DNA of 64,000 bases from assembly GCA_963702655.1 (NCBI GenBank), contig CAVPDO010000012.1:107204-171203 (forward strand), in the 5' to 3' direction. Below are positions 10,312 to 19,051 of the stretch, piece after piece. The position numbers were made by a program, and so were the translations under genes. The notes under the pieces are model-generated. The model ran no database searches. It saw nothing but the letters and a program-made list of their open reading frames with translations, and was not told the DNA's origin. Positions within the stretch are counted from its first letter, which is position 1; each line of letters starts with the position of its first letter. The DNA is from an uncultured Actinomycetes bacterium (lineage in GTDB: Bacteria > Actinomycetota > Thermoleophilia > Gaiellales > Gaiellaceae).

Positions 10312-11184
10312 TCAGGCCCTCGCGCTGTCGCCGTACCGGACGCTCCGGTATCGACCGCGCCCGAGCAAGGGGCGATCGTGCGACCCGGCGACCTTCGCCG
10401 TGAACGTGCGCAGGCTGTCGGTCGACTCGACCTGTACGCGGTGAATGAGGAACGGGTCGGTCTCCGCGCTGTTCAGTCCGGGCTCGCACGTCACTGCGTA
10501 GCGCAGTCCGGCTTCCCGCACCAGGTCGGGCTCACGCGGCCCGAAGAGGCCCGACGGGTAGCAAAAGGCGTGCGTCCCACGCTCGATCTGTCGTTCGAGG
10601 TCGACCTTGGATCCGGCGATCTCGTCCTGAGCCTCGACGTCGTCGAGTCGCCTCAGATCAGGGTGAGTCCTGCTGTGAGGCTCGAACCGCAGGACGCCGG
10701 AAGCCTCCATCCGGCGAATCTCCGCCCAGCTCGCCGTCGCCGCGTCCGGCGGCGCCCAGGTGTACTTGGCCTCGCCGTCGATGACGGCCGTGGAGACGAA
10801 GACGGTGGCGGTGAAGCCGAGTTTCGCGAGCACGGGCTGCGCGTTGTCGAGGACATCCTGGAATCCGTCGTCGAAGGTGAGCGCCACGGTTCGCGGCTCG
10901 AGCTCCCCCGCGTAGAGCAGATCGAGGGCCGTCACGGCGTCCAGAGCCCGGATGCCGCTGCTCGCCAGGTATTCCATCTGGGCCCGGAACTTCGCCGGGC
11001 TGAGCGCCAGCGAGTCGGGATCGTCGCTGATCCGGTGGTAGAGGAACACGCGCAGAGTGCCTCTCGGATCCTCGGACGACCGCCTCCAGCTCCGTACCCG
11101 TGCCTGCGTCAGAGCCGCCTTCGCGACGCGAGCCGCATACTGGGCGGCCGGTGCGCTGAGTAGGCTGTGCGGTCTCGATTTCAT
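10312..11184 (-). CDS. Polysaccharide deacetylase (NodB homology domain)
   Basis: VALTFDDGFQD, HSRTHPDL, FCYPSG motifs. Confidence 0.9.
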   Translation of the reverse strand: MKSRPHSLLSAPAAQYAARVAKAALTQARVRSWRRSSEDPRGTLRVFLYHRISDDPDSLALSPAKFRAQMEYLASSGIRALDAVTALDLLYAGELEPRTVALTFDDGFQDVLDNAQPVLAKLGFTATVFVSTAVIDGEAKYTWAPPDAATASWAEIRRMEASGVLRFEPHSRTHPDLRRLDDVEAQDEIAGSKVDLERQIERGTHAFCYPSGLFGPREPDLVREAGLRYAVTCEPGLNSAETDPFLIHRVQVESTDSLRTFTAKVAGSHDRPLLGRGRYRSVRYGDSARA

Positions 11185-11293
11185 CGGAATGCTGAGACCG
11201 CAACCCCTGCGGCTCGAGTTCTTATCTTAGTTTCATAAACGGATTTTTGAATACCCGCGCGCGGTGCGCGGAACCGGAAGGGCCTAGAGAAGA

Positions 11294-11968
11294 ATGCGCG
11301 ACATTCCCGCCGGCGTCGTCGTCGCCAAGCTGAGAAGACGACTGTGGTCCGCCCACAGGGCGGTCGTCGTCTCGCGCGATCTCCGGGACGAGCCGTCCTT
11401 GCCGCTGGACAGCATCCGGGTTGAGTTCGTCGATCCGGACGCCTTCGACGACCTGCCGCGACTCGTCGAACAAGCGACAGGCGTGGAGTACCTCTACCTC
11501 CGCCCGATCGAGCGCGCGCGCCAGGCGCGTGCCGGGACACTCTCGGTCGCCAGGGCCGCTGACGGCGATCTCGTCGCCTTCCACTTCGTGCACGAGTCTG
11601 GCGACCACGCCGCTCTCGACTCCGTCGCGCCCGGGATGTACCCGGTGCTGCCCGAGGACGGCGTGCTGACCGAGGAGGTCTACTGCCTGCCGGCGCATCG
11701 GGGCCGGGGCCTGGCGCCGGCGCTGCTGCAGGCGACCGGGGCGATGCTGCTCGAACGCGGCAAGCGACGCGCCTCGGCCTATCTCGACACGAACGTCATC
11801 CCGGCGCTGCGCATGTTCAACCGTGCCGGCTATCGCCCGACGGGACAGGAACGAGTCGATCGCTACCGCGGAGGCCGCTTCGACACCGTCTTCCGCGATG
11901 CGAGCCCGCAGACGCTGGCCGAGTGGGAAGCGGCGCTGAGCGGCTCGCGGGAACGGGCCGCCGGTTGA
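11294..11968 (+). CDS. GNAT family N-acetyltransferase
   Basis: Acetyl-CoA binding motif: HRGRGLAPALLQATGAMLLERG ... FNRAGY. Confidence 0.75.
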   Translation: MRDIPAGVVVAKLRRRLWSAHRAVVVSRDLRDEPSLPLDSIRVEFVDPDAFDDLPRLVEQATGVEYLYLRPIERARQARAGTLSVARAADGDLVAFHFVHESGDHAALDSVAPGMYPVLPEDGVLTEEVYCLPAHRGRGLAPALLQATGAMLLERGKRRASAYLDTNVIPALRMFNRAGYRPTGQERVDRYRGGRFDTVFRDASPQTLAEWEAALSGSRERAAG

Positions 11969-12402
11969 CTTCTTATCTCTTGCCCGCCGTGGATCCCTCC
12001 AGCTCGGACTCGATCGGAAGCGACTTCGTCCTGCAGGCCACGCTCGAGAACCCGTCGCTCAGACCGAACGTCATCAGCGGCGAACCCGTCGAGTCCAAGC
12101 TCGTCCTGTACTCCGACCGGTTCACCGAGATCGGGATCTGGGAGGTGACGCCCGGCTCGTTCCCCGCCAGCAAGGACGGCGTCTGCGAGCTGATGCAGTT
12201 CGTGGCGGGATCCGCGACCATCGTCGACGCAAACGGGGAGACGACCGTCGAACCGGGCGTCGTCATGTTCCTGCCGGACGGCTGGACGGGTACCTGGACC
12301 GTCCGTGAGACGGTGAGAAAGACGTACGCGCTCCATCACACGAGATCACGCGTCCGTCGAGGCGTAGCCGCCGTCGCCAGACGCGTACGCCGGCGCCTCT
12401 AG
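11923..12402 (+). CDS. Small cupin protein (resembles the DUF861/EutQ-like cupin_3 type)
   Basis: IGIWEVTPGSF...ELMQFVAGSATIVDANGETTVEPGVVMFLPDGWTGTWTV. True start is probably internal to the ORF. Confidence 0.7.
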   Translation: MGSGAERLAGTGRRLTSYLLPAVDPSSSDSIGSDFVLQATLENPSLRPNVISGEPVESKLVLYSDRFTEIGIWEVTPGSFPASKDGVCELMQFVAGSATIVDANGETTVEPGVVMFLPDGWTGTWTVRETVRKTYALHHTRSRVRRGVAAVARRVRRRL

Positions 12403-13572
12403 CGCTCGATCGCCTGGCGCACGCGCAAGGCCGAGAACTCCGCCCCGAGGACGAAGCGTGAGAGCGGCCCGAATCGGTGCTCGGCCGCATAGCCGACGAA
12501 GAACATGGTCGGGTCGCTCGACCGGAAGAACCGATCGATCACCGGCCAGCCGTTCCGGGTTGCGATGCGTCCGCGAACCTGCGGCCGAGAGAAACGACAG
12601 CCGGTCGAGGTCGAACCGGTAGCCGCACGCGATCAGAATGTGGTCGACCTCTCGCTCGGTCCCGTCGGTGAGACGCACCACGAGGCCGCCGGACTGCTGC
12701 TCTACGTGCTCGACGGTGTTGTGCTCGGTGACCCGGACGCTGCGCTCGACGAACCCCCGGAGCCAGGGCGAGCCGCCCGAGCGCAGGATCCGCGCCGTCA
12801 GCGAGCGCCGCGTTCGTTCCGGCAGCTTCGCGAACACGTCGGGCATCATCACGAGGCGGTTCAGCGGCGGCGGCCCGTAACCGACCACGGGATACGCCAG
12901 CCGGTAGAGCCTGGCCTGGACGCGGCCCCGCGGATAGTGCGGCTCGTGGTCTGCGAACCAGCGGACGGTGGACCGGGTGACGAGCTCGACCGTGCCGCCG
13001 GCCTGCGCCGCCAGCCCGGCGGTCTCGAGGCCCGCCTGCCCGCCGCCGACGACGAGCACGCGCTGGCCGGAGTGACGGCCTGCGTCCTCGATGCCGGTCG
13101 CGAGCGAGATCGACTCGCCGAGCTGTTCGGCCAGCCGCGGAGGGACGTAGGCGAAAGGCATGACCCCGACCGCGACGACGACGTGCTCCGCATCCACCTC
13201 GGCGCCCGCCTCGGTGGTCAGGCGATAGCCGCTCTCGCTCGACTCGACGGAAGCAATCCGGCTGGGGTCTCGGTCGTCGACGAAACGCTCCGCGAACCAC
13301 TCGCTGTAGCGGAGGAACATCGGGAGCGGAATCGGCTCGGTCCGGGACTCCTCTGCCTCCCGCACCCACTCGTCGAGACTGCCTGCGCCTTCGGGCGCCG
13401 AGAGAGAAGTCTCCTCCCAGGCCGATCGCATGAGCATCTCCTGCGGCATGCAGGTGCGCCAGGTCTCCATCTCCGCCCCGAACGTCCGCACCCTGCGCCC
13501 GCGCAGGTGCGCCGCCACGGAGAGCCCGAATGGGCCGGCGCCCACGACGGCGACGTCCAGCTTCTCTGCCAA
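12399..13572 (-). CDS. FAD/NAD(P)-binding oxidoreductase (flavin monooxygenase-like), +1 frameshift near 12579-12586
   Basis: VAVVGAGPFGLSVAAHL (FAD GxGxxG) and VLVVGGGQAGLETA (second dinucleotide fold). After ...DLDRLSFLS the coding signal moves to another frame (VRGRIATRNGWPVIDRFFRSSDPTMFFVGYAAEHRFGPLSRFVLGAEFSALRVRQAIER-TAG at 12399-12401). Length is 1 mod 3. Confidence 0.8.
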
Positions 13573-13651
13573 TGCGCTCGTTCCGCCCCTCTGGAGGAAT
13601 GGAGGCCGCAGGATGCGGCCCCCATCAACCTCGACCTATATCACGAGTCGT

Positions 13652-15175
13652 CTACAGGTGGCCTGTGGAGACGGAGACCGCGCCTGCATCGAGCTGGTAG
13701 GTGTTGTCGCTGATCGAGTTGGTGCCGCTGTTCTTGTAGGTGCCGATTCCGGCCCAGCTCTGGTTCGCGAACGTGACGCCGCTGATCGTGGTGGAGCCGG
13801 TCCCCTCGTCGAGGAAGATGCCGGCCGTGTGGCCGCCCTTGTTCCAGCCGCTCGCGTCGATCGTCCCGTTCTCGATCGTGTCGTTGCGAGCGGCTTCGTT
13901 GCCGGGCGTGCCGTCGTCCCACTCGGCGTTGAAGCCGACCTTCGAGCCTGTGATCGAGAAGTTCTCGAACGTGTCACCGATCGAGAAGTGCTCGAGATAG
14001 ACCGCGACACCGTCGTAGGCGTGCGGACCGCTCATGTCGATGTCGAGGTCGCTGAAATCGGTGTTCCAGGAGTTGTTACAGGTCTCGATCCCCGACCAGG
14101 AGACATTCCGGATCTTGATCCGGTGCACACCGTCGGCGACCGGCTGTCCGATCCAGAGACCCGCCTCGGACGTCCCGTTCGACGCGCCCGGCGTGCTGCG
14201 GCTGACACCGTCGACCGAGATGTCGCTGATCGACTGGATCGTCGGCACGCTCGCCCCGTAGGAGGCCAGTTGGTTGTTCGTCGCCCGGATCGCCGAATCG
14301 GTGAAGTCGCTGAACTGAAGCCGCTGTGCGACCAGACCGTCGGGGTTCAGCGCGAGCAGCCCGACGCCGACGTTCCAGTTTCCGTCGAACGTCGAGTCGA
14401 GGACCTGCGTCCCCTCGCCGGCGGCTCCCCAGATGTTGACCTCGCTGTTCTGGAAGGTCGCCGCCGAGTTCGTCACGTCGAAGGCCAGCCCGCGAATCAC
14501 GGCACCGCCCGACGAGTGGTTGCCGCCGACCACGAGGCCGGCCGTCAGGACCGCCCCCAGCGGATGCTGCGCATACAGGTCGCTGCTACCCGAGTCGTCG
14601 AAGTAGCTCGACCCGCCGTAGGTCCCGTCGGCCAGCACGATCGTCTTCGACCCTGCGGCCAGGGCGGACGTCAGCTGGGCCGACGACGACACCGACACTG
14701 CACCCGCGGGCACCGAGTAGGACCCAGGGGCAGCCGGTGGCGCCACCGCGCCGGGAGCGCCGGGCGACCCGGTCGGCGGCGGCGAGGTGGGAATCGTGGT
14801 GGGAGGTGTCGGAGTCGGGACCGGCGCCTGAGTCTTGTGCTTCTTGCGCGGTCCGCGATACCCCGCCGGCGAGCGATCCTGCCGAGCGCGCAGGTAGAAG
14901 TGCAACTTCTGCCAGGCCCACTGCGGAACCTGCTGCGGTGCGTGGCTCGGGCGTAGGTGGGGCTTGAGAGCGTCTCCCTTGGCATAGCCCTCGCCAAGAC
15001 GCCACTGCACCCAGCGCCAGTACCAGGCGGGAGCGGGCTTTGGCCCGATTCGCTTCTCCTGCTGGGCCGCAGACAGCTGATGCGACTGCGCGAAAGCGCG
15101 GGAGAGGAGAGCTGTGGAGCCCATGCCTGCACAGAGCAGCATGAGCACGACGACGGTTGCGAGTTGGTTGCGCAT
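13652..15175 (-). CDS. Secreted right-handed beta-helix protein (candidate polysaccharide lyase/glycanase)
   Basis: Signal peptide (MRNQLATVVVLMLLCAGMGSTALLSRAFA), a Pro/Thr linker, then repeated N/G/S/T-rich beta-helix-like coils. Confidence 0.7.
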   Translation of the reverse strand: MRNQLATVVVLMLLCAGMGSTALLSRAFAQSHQLSAAQQEKRIGPKPAPAWYWRWVQWRLGEGYAKGDALKPHLRPSHAPQQVPQWAWQKLHFYLRARQDRSPAGYRGPRKKHKTQAPVPTPTPPTTIPTSPPPTGSPGAPGAVAPPAAPGSYSVPAGAVSVSSSAQLTSALAAGSKTIVLADGTYGGSSYFDDSGSSDLYAQHPLGAVLTAGLVVGGNHSSGGAVIRGLAFDVTNSAATFQNSEVNIWGAAGEGTQVLDSTFDGNWNVGVGLLALNPDGLVAQRLQFSDFTDSAIRATNNQLASYGASVPTIQSISDISVDGVSRSTPGASNGTSEAGLWIGQPVADGVHRIKIRNVSWSGIETCNNSWNTDFSDLDIDMSGPHAYDGVAVYLEHFSIGDTFENFSITGSKVGFNAEWDDGTPGNEAARNDTIENGTIDASGWNKGGHTAGIFLDEGTGSTTISGVTFANQSWAGIGTYKNSGTNSISDNTYQLDAGAVSVSTGHL

Positions 15176-15345
15176 AGGCCCACTTGTCGGCTCGATGCGC
15201 GACGACCTTTAGCCCGGACCTATCAACAGGCGAGTCGGGTCCTATCCACGCGGACGGCCGGGGCGAGGCTCTTCGACAGCTCGCTCCCAAGGGATTTCTA
15301 AGGAGTACTCAAGCGTCGATCGACTTCGCCCGACATACGAGTACG

Positions 15346-17172
15346 ATGTCTGATCCCGCAAGACCTGCGCGTGCCTTTCCCTCCCCGCCTCACCAGGAGC
15401 TAACGCTGGAAACCCCGGAGAACGTCACAGACGAGGGCTCGGATCTGCGGGCGTTCCTGGCGCTCTTCCGTCGGCACGCCGTGCTGATCGCGGTGGTCAC
15501 GATCCTGACGGGAGTCATCGCGTACGCCGTGACGAGTCAGCAGGCGGCGCAGTACAGCAGCACGGCCGCGCTCGAGTTCACGGAGCCTGCGAACGCACCG
15601 GCAAATGCCGATCCGGCGCGCGACGTCAGCACTCTGGTGGGCGTCGGGACCTCGAGCTCGGTCCTCGATGCCGTGGCGAAGAAGCACGACATGACTCCGG
15701 CCCAGCTCCGCAAGGCGATCTCGGTGACGGGCAACCCGGACGCGGACCTGATCAGCATCTCAGCCACCTCCGGCTCGGCGACGGGAGCGGAGGCTCTCGC
15801 CCAGGACGTCGCGCAGGGGATGATCAACTACACGACGACGCAGACGCAGCAGTCACTGCGCGAGCAGATCGTGTCATTCGGTACCCAGCTGCAGAGGCTC
15901 GCCGGCCATACCGACGCGGTCTCGGTGGCCGCCGCATCCAACCTGCGCGTGCAGCTGGCGCAGGCGAAGGCCGAGCTGAGCAGCGCCACGTCTCCGCTGT
16001 CGATTCTCAGTCCGGCGACCGTCCCCTCCAGCCCCTCGTCTCCGCACCCGGCGCGCGACGCCGGAATCGCGCTGCTCGCAGGTCTTGTGCTCGCTCTCAT
16101 GCTCGCCGCCGTGCGGGACCGGCTCGACCGCCGGATCCGCGAGCTCGAGGACGTCGAGGCCGTCTACCACGCGCCGACGCTCGGCGTCGTGCCGTTCGCT
16201 CATGGGCGGAAGAAGCTCAGCCGCTCCAGCCAGGTCGCGGACTTCTCGGGGGCAGCTCCCCTGGCCGATGCCTACCGCACGATCCGCACCAACCTCACGC
16301 TCATGGAGACGCACCACGACGGGCCCTCCGTGATCGTCGTGACCTCGGCGATCGCCGGGGAAGGCAAGAGTGCCGTCACCGCCAACCTCGCCCAGGCGCT
16401 CAGCGTCACGGGGCGACGCGTGCTCGCCATCTCGGCCGATCTCCACAACCCGGCTCTGCACAAGTATTTCCCGGGCGGCTACCAGGAGAGCGACCTCTTC
16501 GGCGACGCCGAGGCCGACCCACTCCGCGAGAGAACGCTCGACGACCCGACGCTCAATGCGTACTTCTCGACCGGCTACGGCGGGGACGACGCGGAGAGCG
16601 AGCCCAAGCCCGATCCGCGCAGGCGACGCAAGGCGAGCGGTCTCGGTGAGAGGTGGACAGGGCCCACGAGGCCGCAGGGGCTCGTCCCGGTCCTGGCGGG
16701 CGAAGTCCCGTTGGACAAGGCCGTGTACGTCATCCCGCTGTCGTCCCAGGAGCGGGAGCGCGGAGGCTCGCTGCATCTGCTCGCCGACGGGGGCACCTTC
16801 TTCGATCCGGCCGCCCTGCTCAGCTCGGACGCGATGCGCCAGTTGTTCAAGGAGGCGAGCCAGAACTACGACGCGATCGTGGTGGACACTCCGCCGCTGC
16901 TCGCCAACGCGGATGCCACGCTCCTGGCGCAGAGCGCCAACATCCTCGTCCTCGTCGCCCGGCTCGACCACCTGACGCGCAACCAGGCCCGACGCGCCTA
17001 CCGCGCCATGATCTCGATGCGGCTCTCACCGTCCGGGGTCATCGTCACCGGCGAGGTCGAGGAAGGGGCCTACGGATACGGGTACCGGTCCAATCAGCCC
17101 CTCGAATACGATCGCGGTCTGGCCGGAGAGGCGCCGCAGCGGCGAGCCTCCACCAGCACCGGATCGTCGTGA
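15346..17172 (+). CDS. Polysaccharide co-polymerase (Wzz domain) fused to a BY-type tyrosine kinase
   Basis: Wzz-like N-terminus with a TM helix (HAVLIAVVTILTGVIAYAV). Walker A SAIAGEGKS, Walker A' VLAISADLHNP, Walker B YDAIVVDTPP, and a C-terminal Tyr cluster GAYGYGYRS. Confidence 0.85.
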   Translation: MSDPARPARAFPSPPHQELTLETPENVTDEGSDLRAFLALFRRHAVLIAVVTILTGVIAYAVTSQQAAQYSSTAALEFTEPANAPANADPARDVSTLVGVGTSSSVLDAVAKKHDMTPAQLRKAISVTGNPDADLISISATSGSATGAEALAQDVAQGMINYTTTQTQQSLREQIVSFGTQLQRLAGHTDAVSVAAASNLRVQLAQAKAELSSATSPLSILSPATVPSSPSSPHPARDAGIALLAGLVLALMLAAVRDRLDRRIRELEDVEAVYHAPTLGVVPFAHGRKKLSRSSQVADFSGAAPLADAYRTIRTNLTLMETHHDGPSVIVVTSAIAGEGKSAVTANLAQALSVTGRRVLAISADLHNPALHKYFPGGYQESDLFGDAEADPLRERTLDDPTLNAYFSTGYGGDDAESEPKPDPRRRRKASGLGERWTGPTRPQGLVPVLAGEVPLDKAVYVIPLSSQERERGGSLHLLADGGTFFDPAALLSSDAMRQLFKEASQNYDAIVVDTPPLLANADATLLAQSANILVLVARLDHLTRNQARRAYRAMISMRLSPSGVIVTGEVEEGAYGYGYRSNQPLEYDRGLAGEAPQRRASTSTGSS

Positions 17173-18611
17173 AGTCGCCGGTTCTCGCTCGCAGCCGACT
17201 GCGGCACGACGACGCCGCGTTCGCGGCCCTGACGCTCGTCTTCTGCCTCGTCTTCGGGATGCTCTTCGGGCGGCTCGACACGTTCGGGCTCTCGCCGGGG
17301 AAGGTCGCGATCCTTCCCGTCGCCCTGCTGTTTCTCCTCGCCGCCGGATGGTTTTCGCTCTCGCGGCCGGTGGTGGCGTTCGGTGTGGCCTTCGTCCTGC
17401 TCGGCATCGTCGACGTTCAGCCGGCGCCCGTCGATGCGTTCTTCGCCCTGCTCATCGCCACGACCGTCGCCACGGTCAGGACGCGGCCGAACATTCCCGC
17501 CTTCGTCGGCGTGCCGCTCGCCGCATTCGTGCTGTTGACGATCATCTCGATCACGAACGCCGTCGACCTGAAGCGGGCGATCTCGTTCGAGGGGATCACG
17601 CTCTACATGGTCATTCTCGGGGTCTGGCTGTCCTGGGCATTTGCCAAGCGCCGGTGGGTGCGCGTGGGGATGAAGTGGTACGTCATCGGAACCGTCGTCA
17701 GCGCCGCGCTCGGGCCGCTCGCCCTCTACGGCCACCTCTCCTCCAGGCTCGTCTACGAGAACAGCAGGGCCATGGGACTCTTCAAGGACCCCAACGTCTA
17801 CGGCGCCTTCCTGGTGCCTGCCGCGATCATTCTGCTCGACGAGATCGCCGAGCCCAGGCTCCTCGGGTGGCGTCGGCGCACCAATGTCGCGCTCTTCGCG
17901 ATCGTCTCGCTGGGCGTCGTCGTCTCGTACTCGAGGGCGGCGTGGCTGAACTACGCCATCGCCGTCCTGACCCTCGTCTTCGTCCAGTCCAACCGGCGCG
18001 GCGGACTGAGGCGCGCCGCCAGGAGCATTGGGATCCTCGTCGGGTGCGCCCTCGCAGGGCTCGCCATGCTCGCCGCGACCGGGTCACTGAGCTTCCTCCT
18101 CGAGCGCTCCCACCTTCAGACCTACGACCAGCAGCGGTTCTCGAACCAGGACGTCGCGTTCAGCGACATGTTTCGCCACGTCTTCGGCTTCGGTCCCGGC
18201 CAGACCGAGATCCTGCGGCCGCTCTCGACCCACTCGTCCTTCGTGCGGGCCGCGTTCGAACAGGGTTTTCTCGGCCTCGCGATGCTGGTGCTCGTGATGG
18301 TGACCACGCTCATCTGTGCGGTCCGTCTCGCGCGTCACACCGTCGAGGTCAACGGAGTCGGCACCGGTGCCCTGCTGGGGATCTGGCTGGGCCAGGTCGC
18401 GAACAGCTTCTTCATCGACACGCTGCACTGGCGCCATCTCTGGGTCTGGGCGGCGCTGATCTGGTGCTCGTACACGCTCATGGAACGACGCGAGTCGGCC
18501 GACGACGTGCCGCTCTCGCGTTCCTCCCTCGTGCCGGCAGGCGAACCTGCCGGCGCGCCGCGCAAACCTGTCGGCGCGCCACGCCTGGTCGTGCCGCGCC
18601 AGGCTCGCTGA
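17169..18611 (+). CDS. O-antigen ligase/polymerase-like (Wzy-type) membrane protein
   Basis: GTG at 17169 overlaps the upstream stop (GTGA). About 10-12 TM helices with a YSRAAWL-type Wzy_C loop. Confidence 0.8.
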   Translation: MKSPVLARSRLRHDDAAFAALTLVFCLVFGMLFGRLDTFGLSPGKVAILPVALLFLLAAGWFSLSRPVVAFGVAFVLLGIVDVQPAPVDAFFALLIATTVATVRTRPNIPAFVGVPLAAFVLLTIISITNAVDLKRAISFEGITLYMVILGVWLSWAFAKRRWVRVGMKWYVIGTVVSAALGPLALYGHLSSRLVYENSRAMGLFKDPNVYGAFLVPAAIILLDEIAEPRLLGWRRRTNVALFAIVSLGVVVSYSRAAWLNYAIAVLTLVFVQSNRRGGLRRAARSIGILVGCALAGLAMLAATGSLSFLLERSHLQTYDQQRFSNQDVAFSDMFRHVFGFGPGQTEILRPLSTHSSFVRAAFEQGFLGLAMLVLVMVTTLICAVRLARHTVEVNGVGTGALLGIWLGQVANSFFIDTLHWRHLWVWAALIWCSYTLMERRESADDVPLSRSSLVPAGEPAGAPRKPVGAPRLVVPRQAR

Positions 18612-18615
18612 AGCG

Positions 18616-18927
18616 CTACTCCGTTGGCGGCTGCGGCGACTTGCGCGTCGCGCGCTGCAGGCCGAAACCGGCAACGATGAGCAGGACGCCCGCCAGAGCG
18701 ACGAAGCCGAGATCGAGGCCGGTGAACGGCAGCTGTCCGCCGCTGGCCGTGGCCGCATCCACCTGCGCCGAGTCCACCTGCTTGACATTCACCTGCTTGA
18801 CAACGGACGTGCCCTTCTTGCAATAGACCTTGCACATCGTCCCGTTACCCGCCAGGGCCGAGGCAGCGAATACGGACGCCGCGGCGAGAGCCAGCGTCAA
18901 CACAATCCCTTTTCTCGATCTGCTCAT
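18616..18927 (-). CDS. Small secreted LPXTG-type sortase substrate
   Basis: Signal peptide (...ASALA/GNG), a roughly 40-aa mature region with CKVYC, then LPFTG plus a hydrophobic helix plus RATRK. Confidence 0.7.
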   Translation of the reverse strand: MSRSRKGIVLTLALAAASVFAASALAGNGTMCKVYCKKGTSVVKQVNVKQVDSAQVDAATASGGQLPFTGLDLGFVALAGVLLIVAGFGLQRATRKSPQPPTE

Positions 18928-19051
18928 CGCGTAAGTCTCTCCCGAGTCGTCACCCTAACGTGTCGGTTGATGGTAGGCGAGGGCATCGGACGACGTCACG
19001 CACCTTGGTCGGGGTCCCGCCCCCCCTTACGCGAGTCTGCAGGCGATCGGG

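Noticed and set aside
12399-12402. CTAG where the plus-strand cupin stop (TAG 12400-12402) and the repaired minus-strand oxidoreductase stop (12399-12401) overlap
   Set aside because: It is a simple convergent stop-codon overlap on a palindromic tetranucleotide, with no hairpin or further structure around it. Noted only as support for the repaired reading frame.
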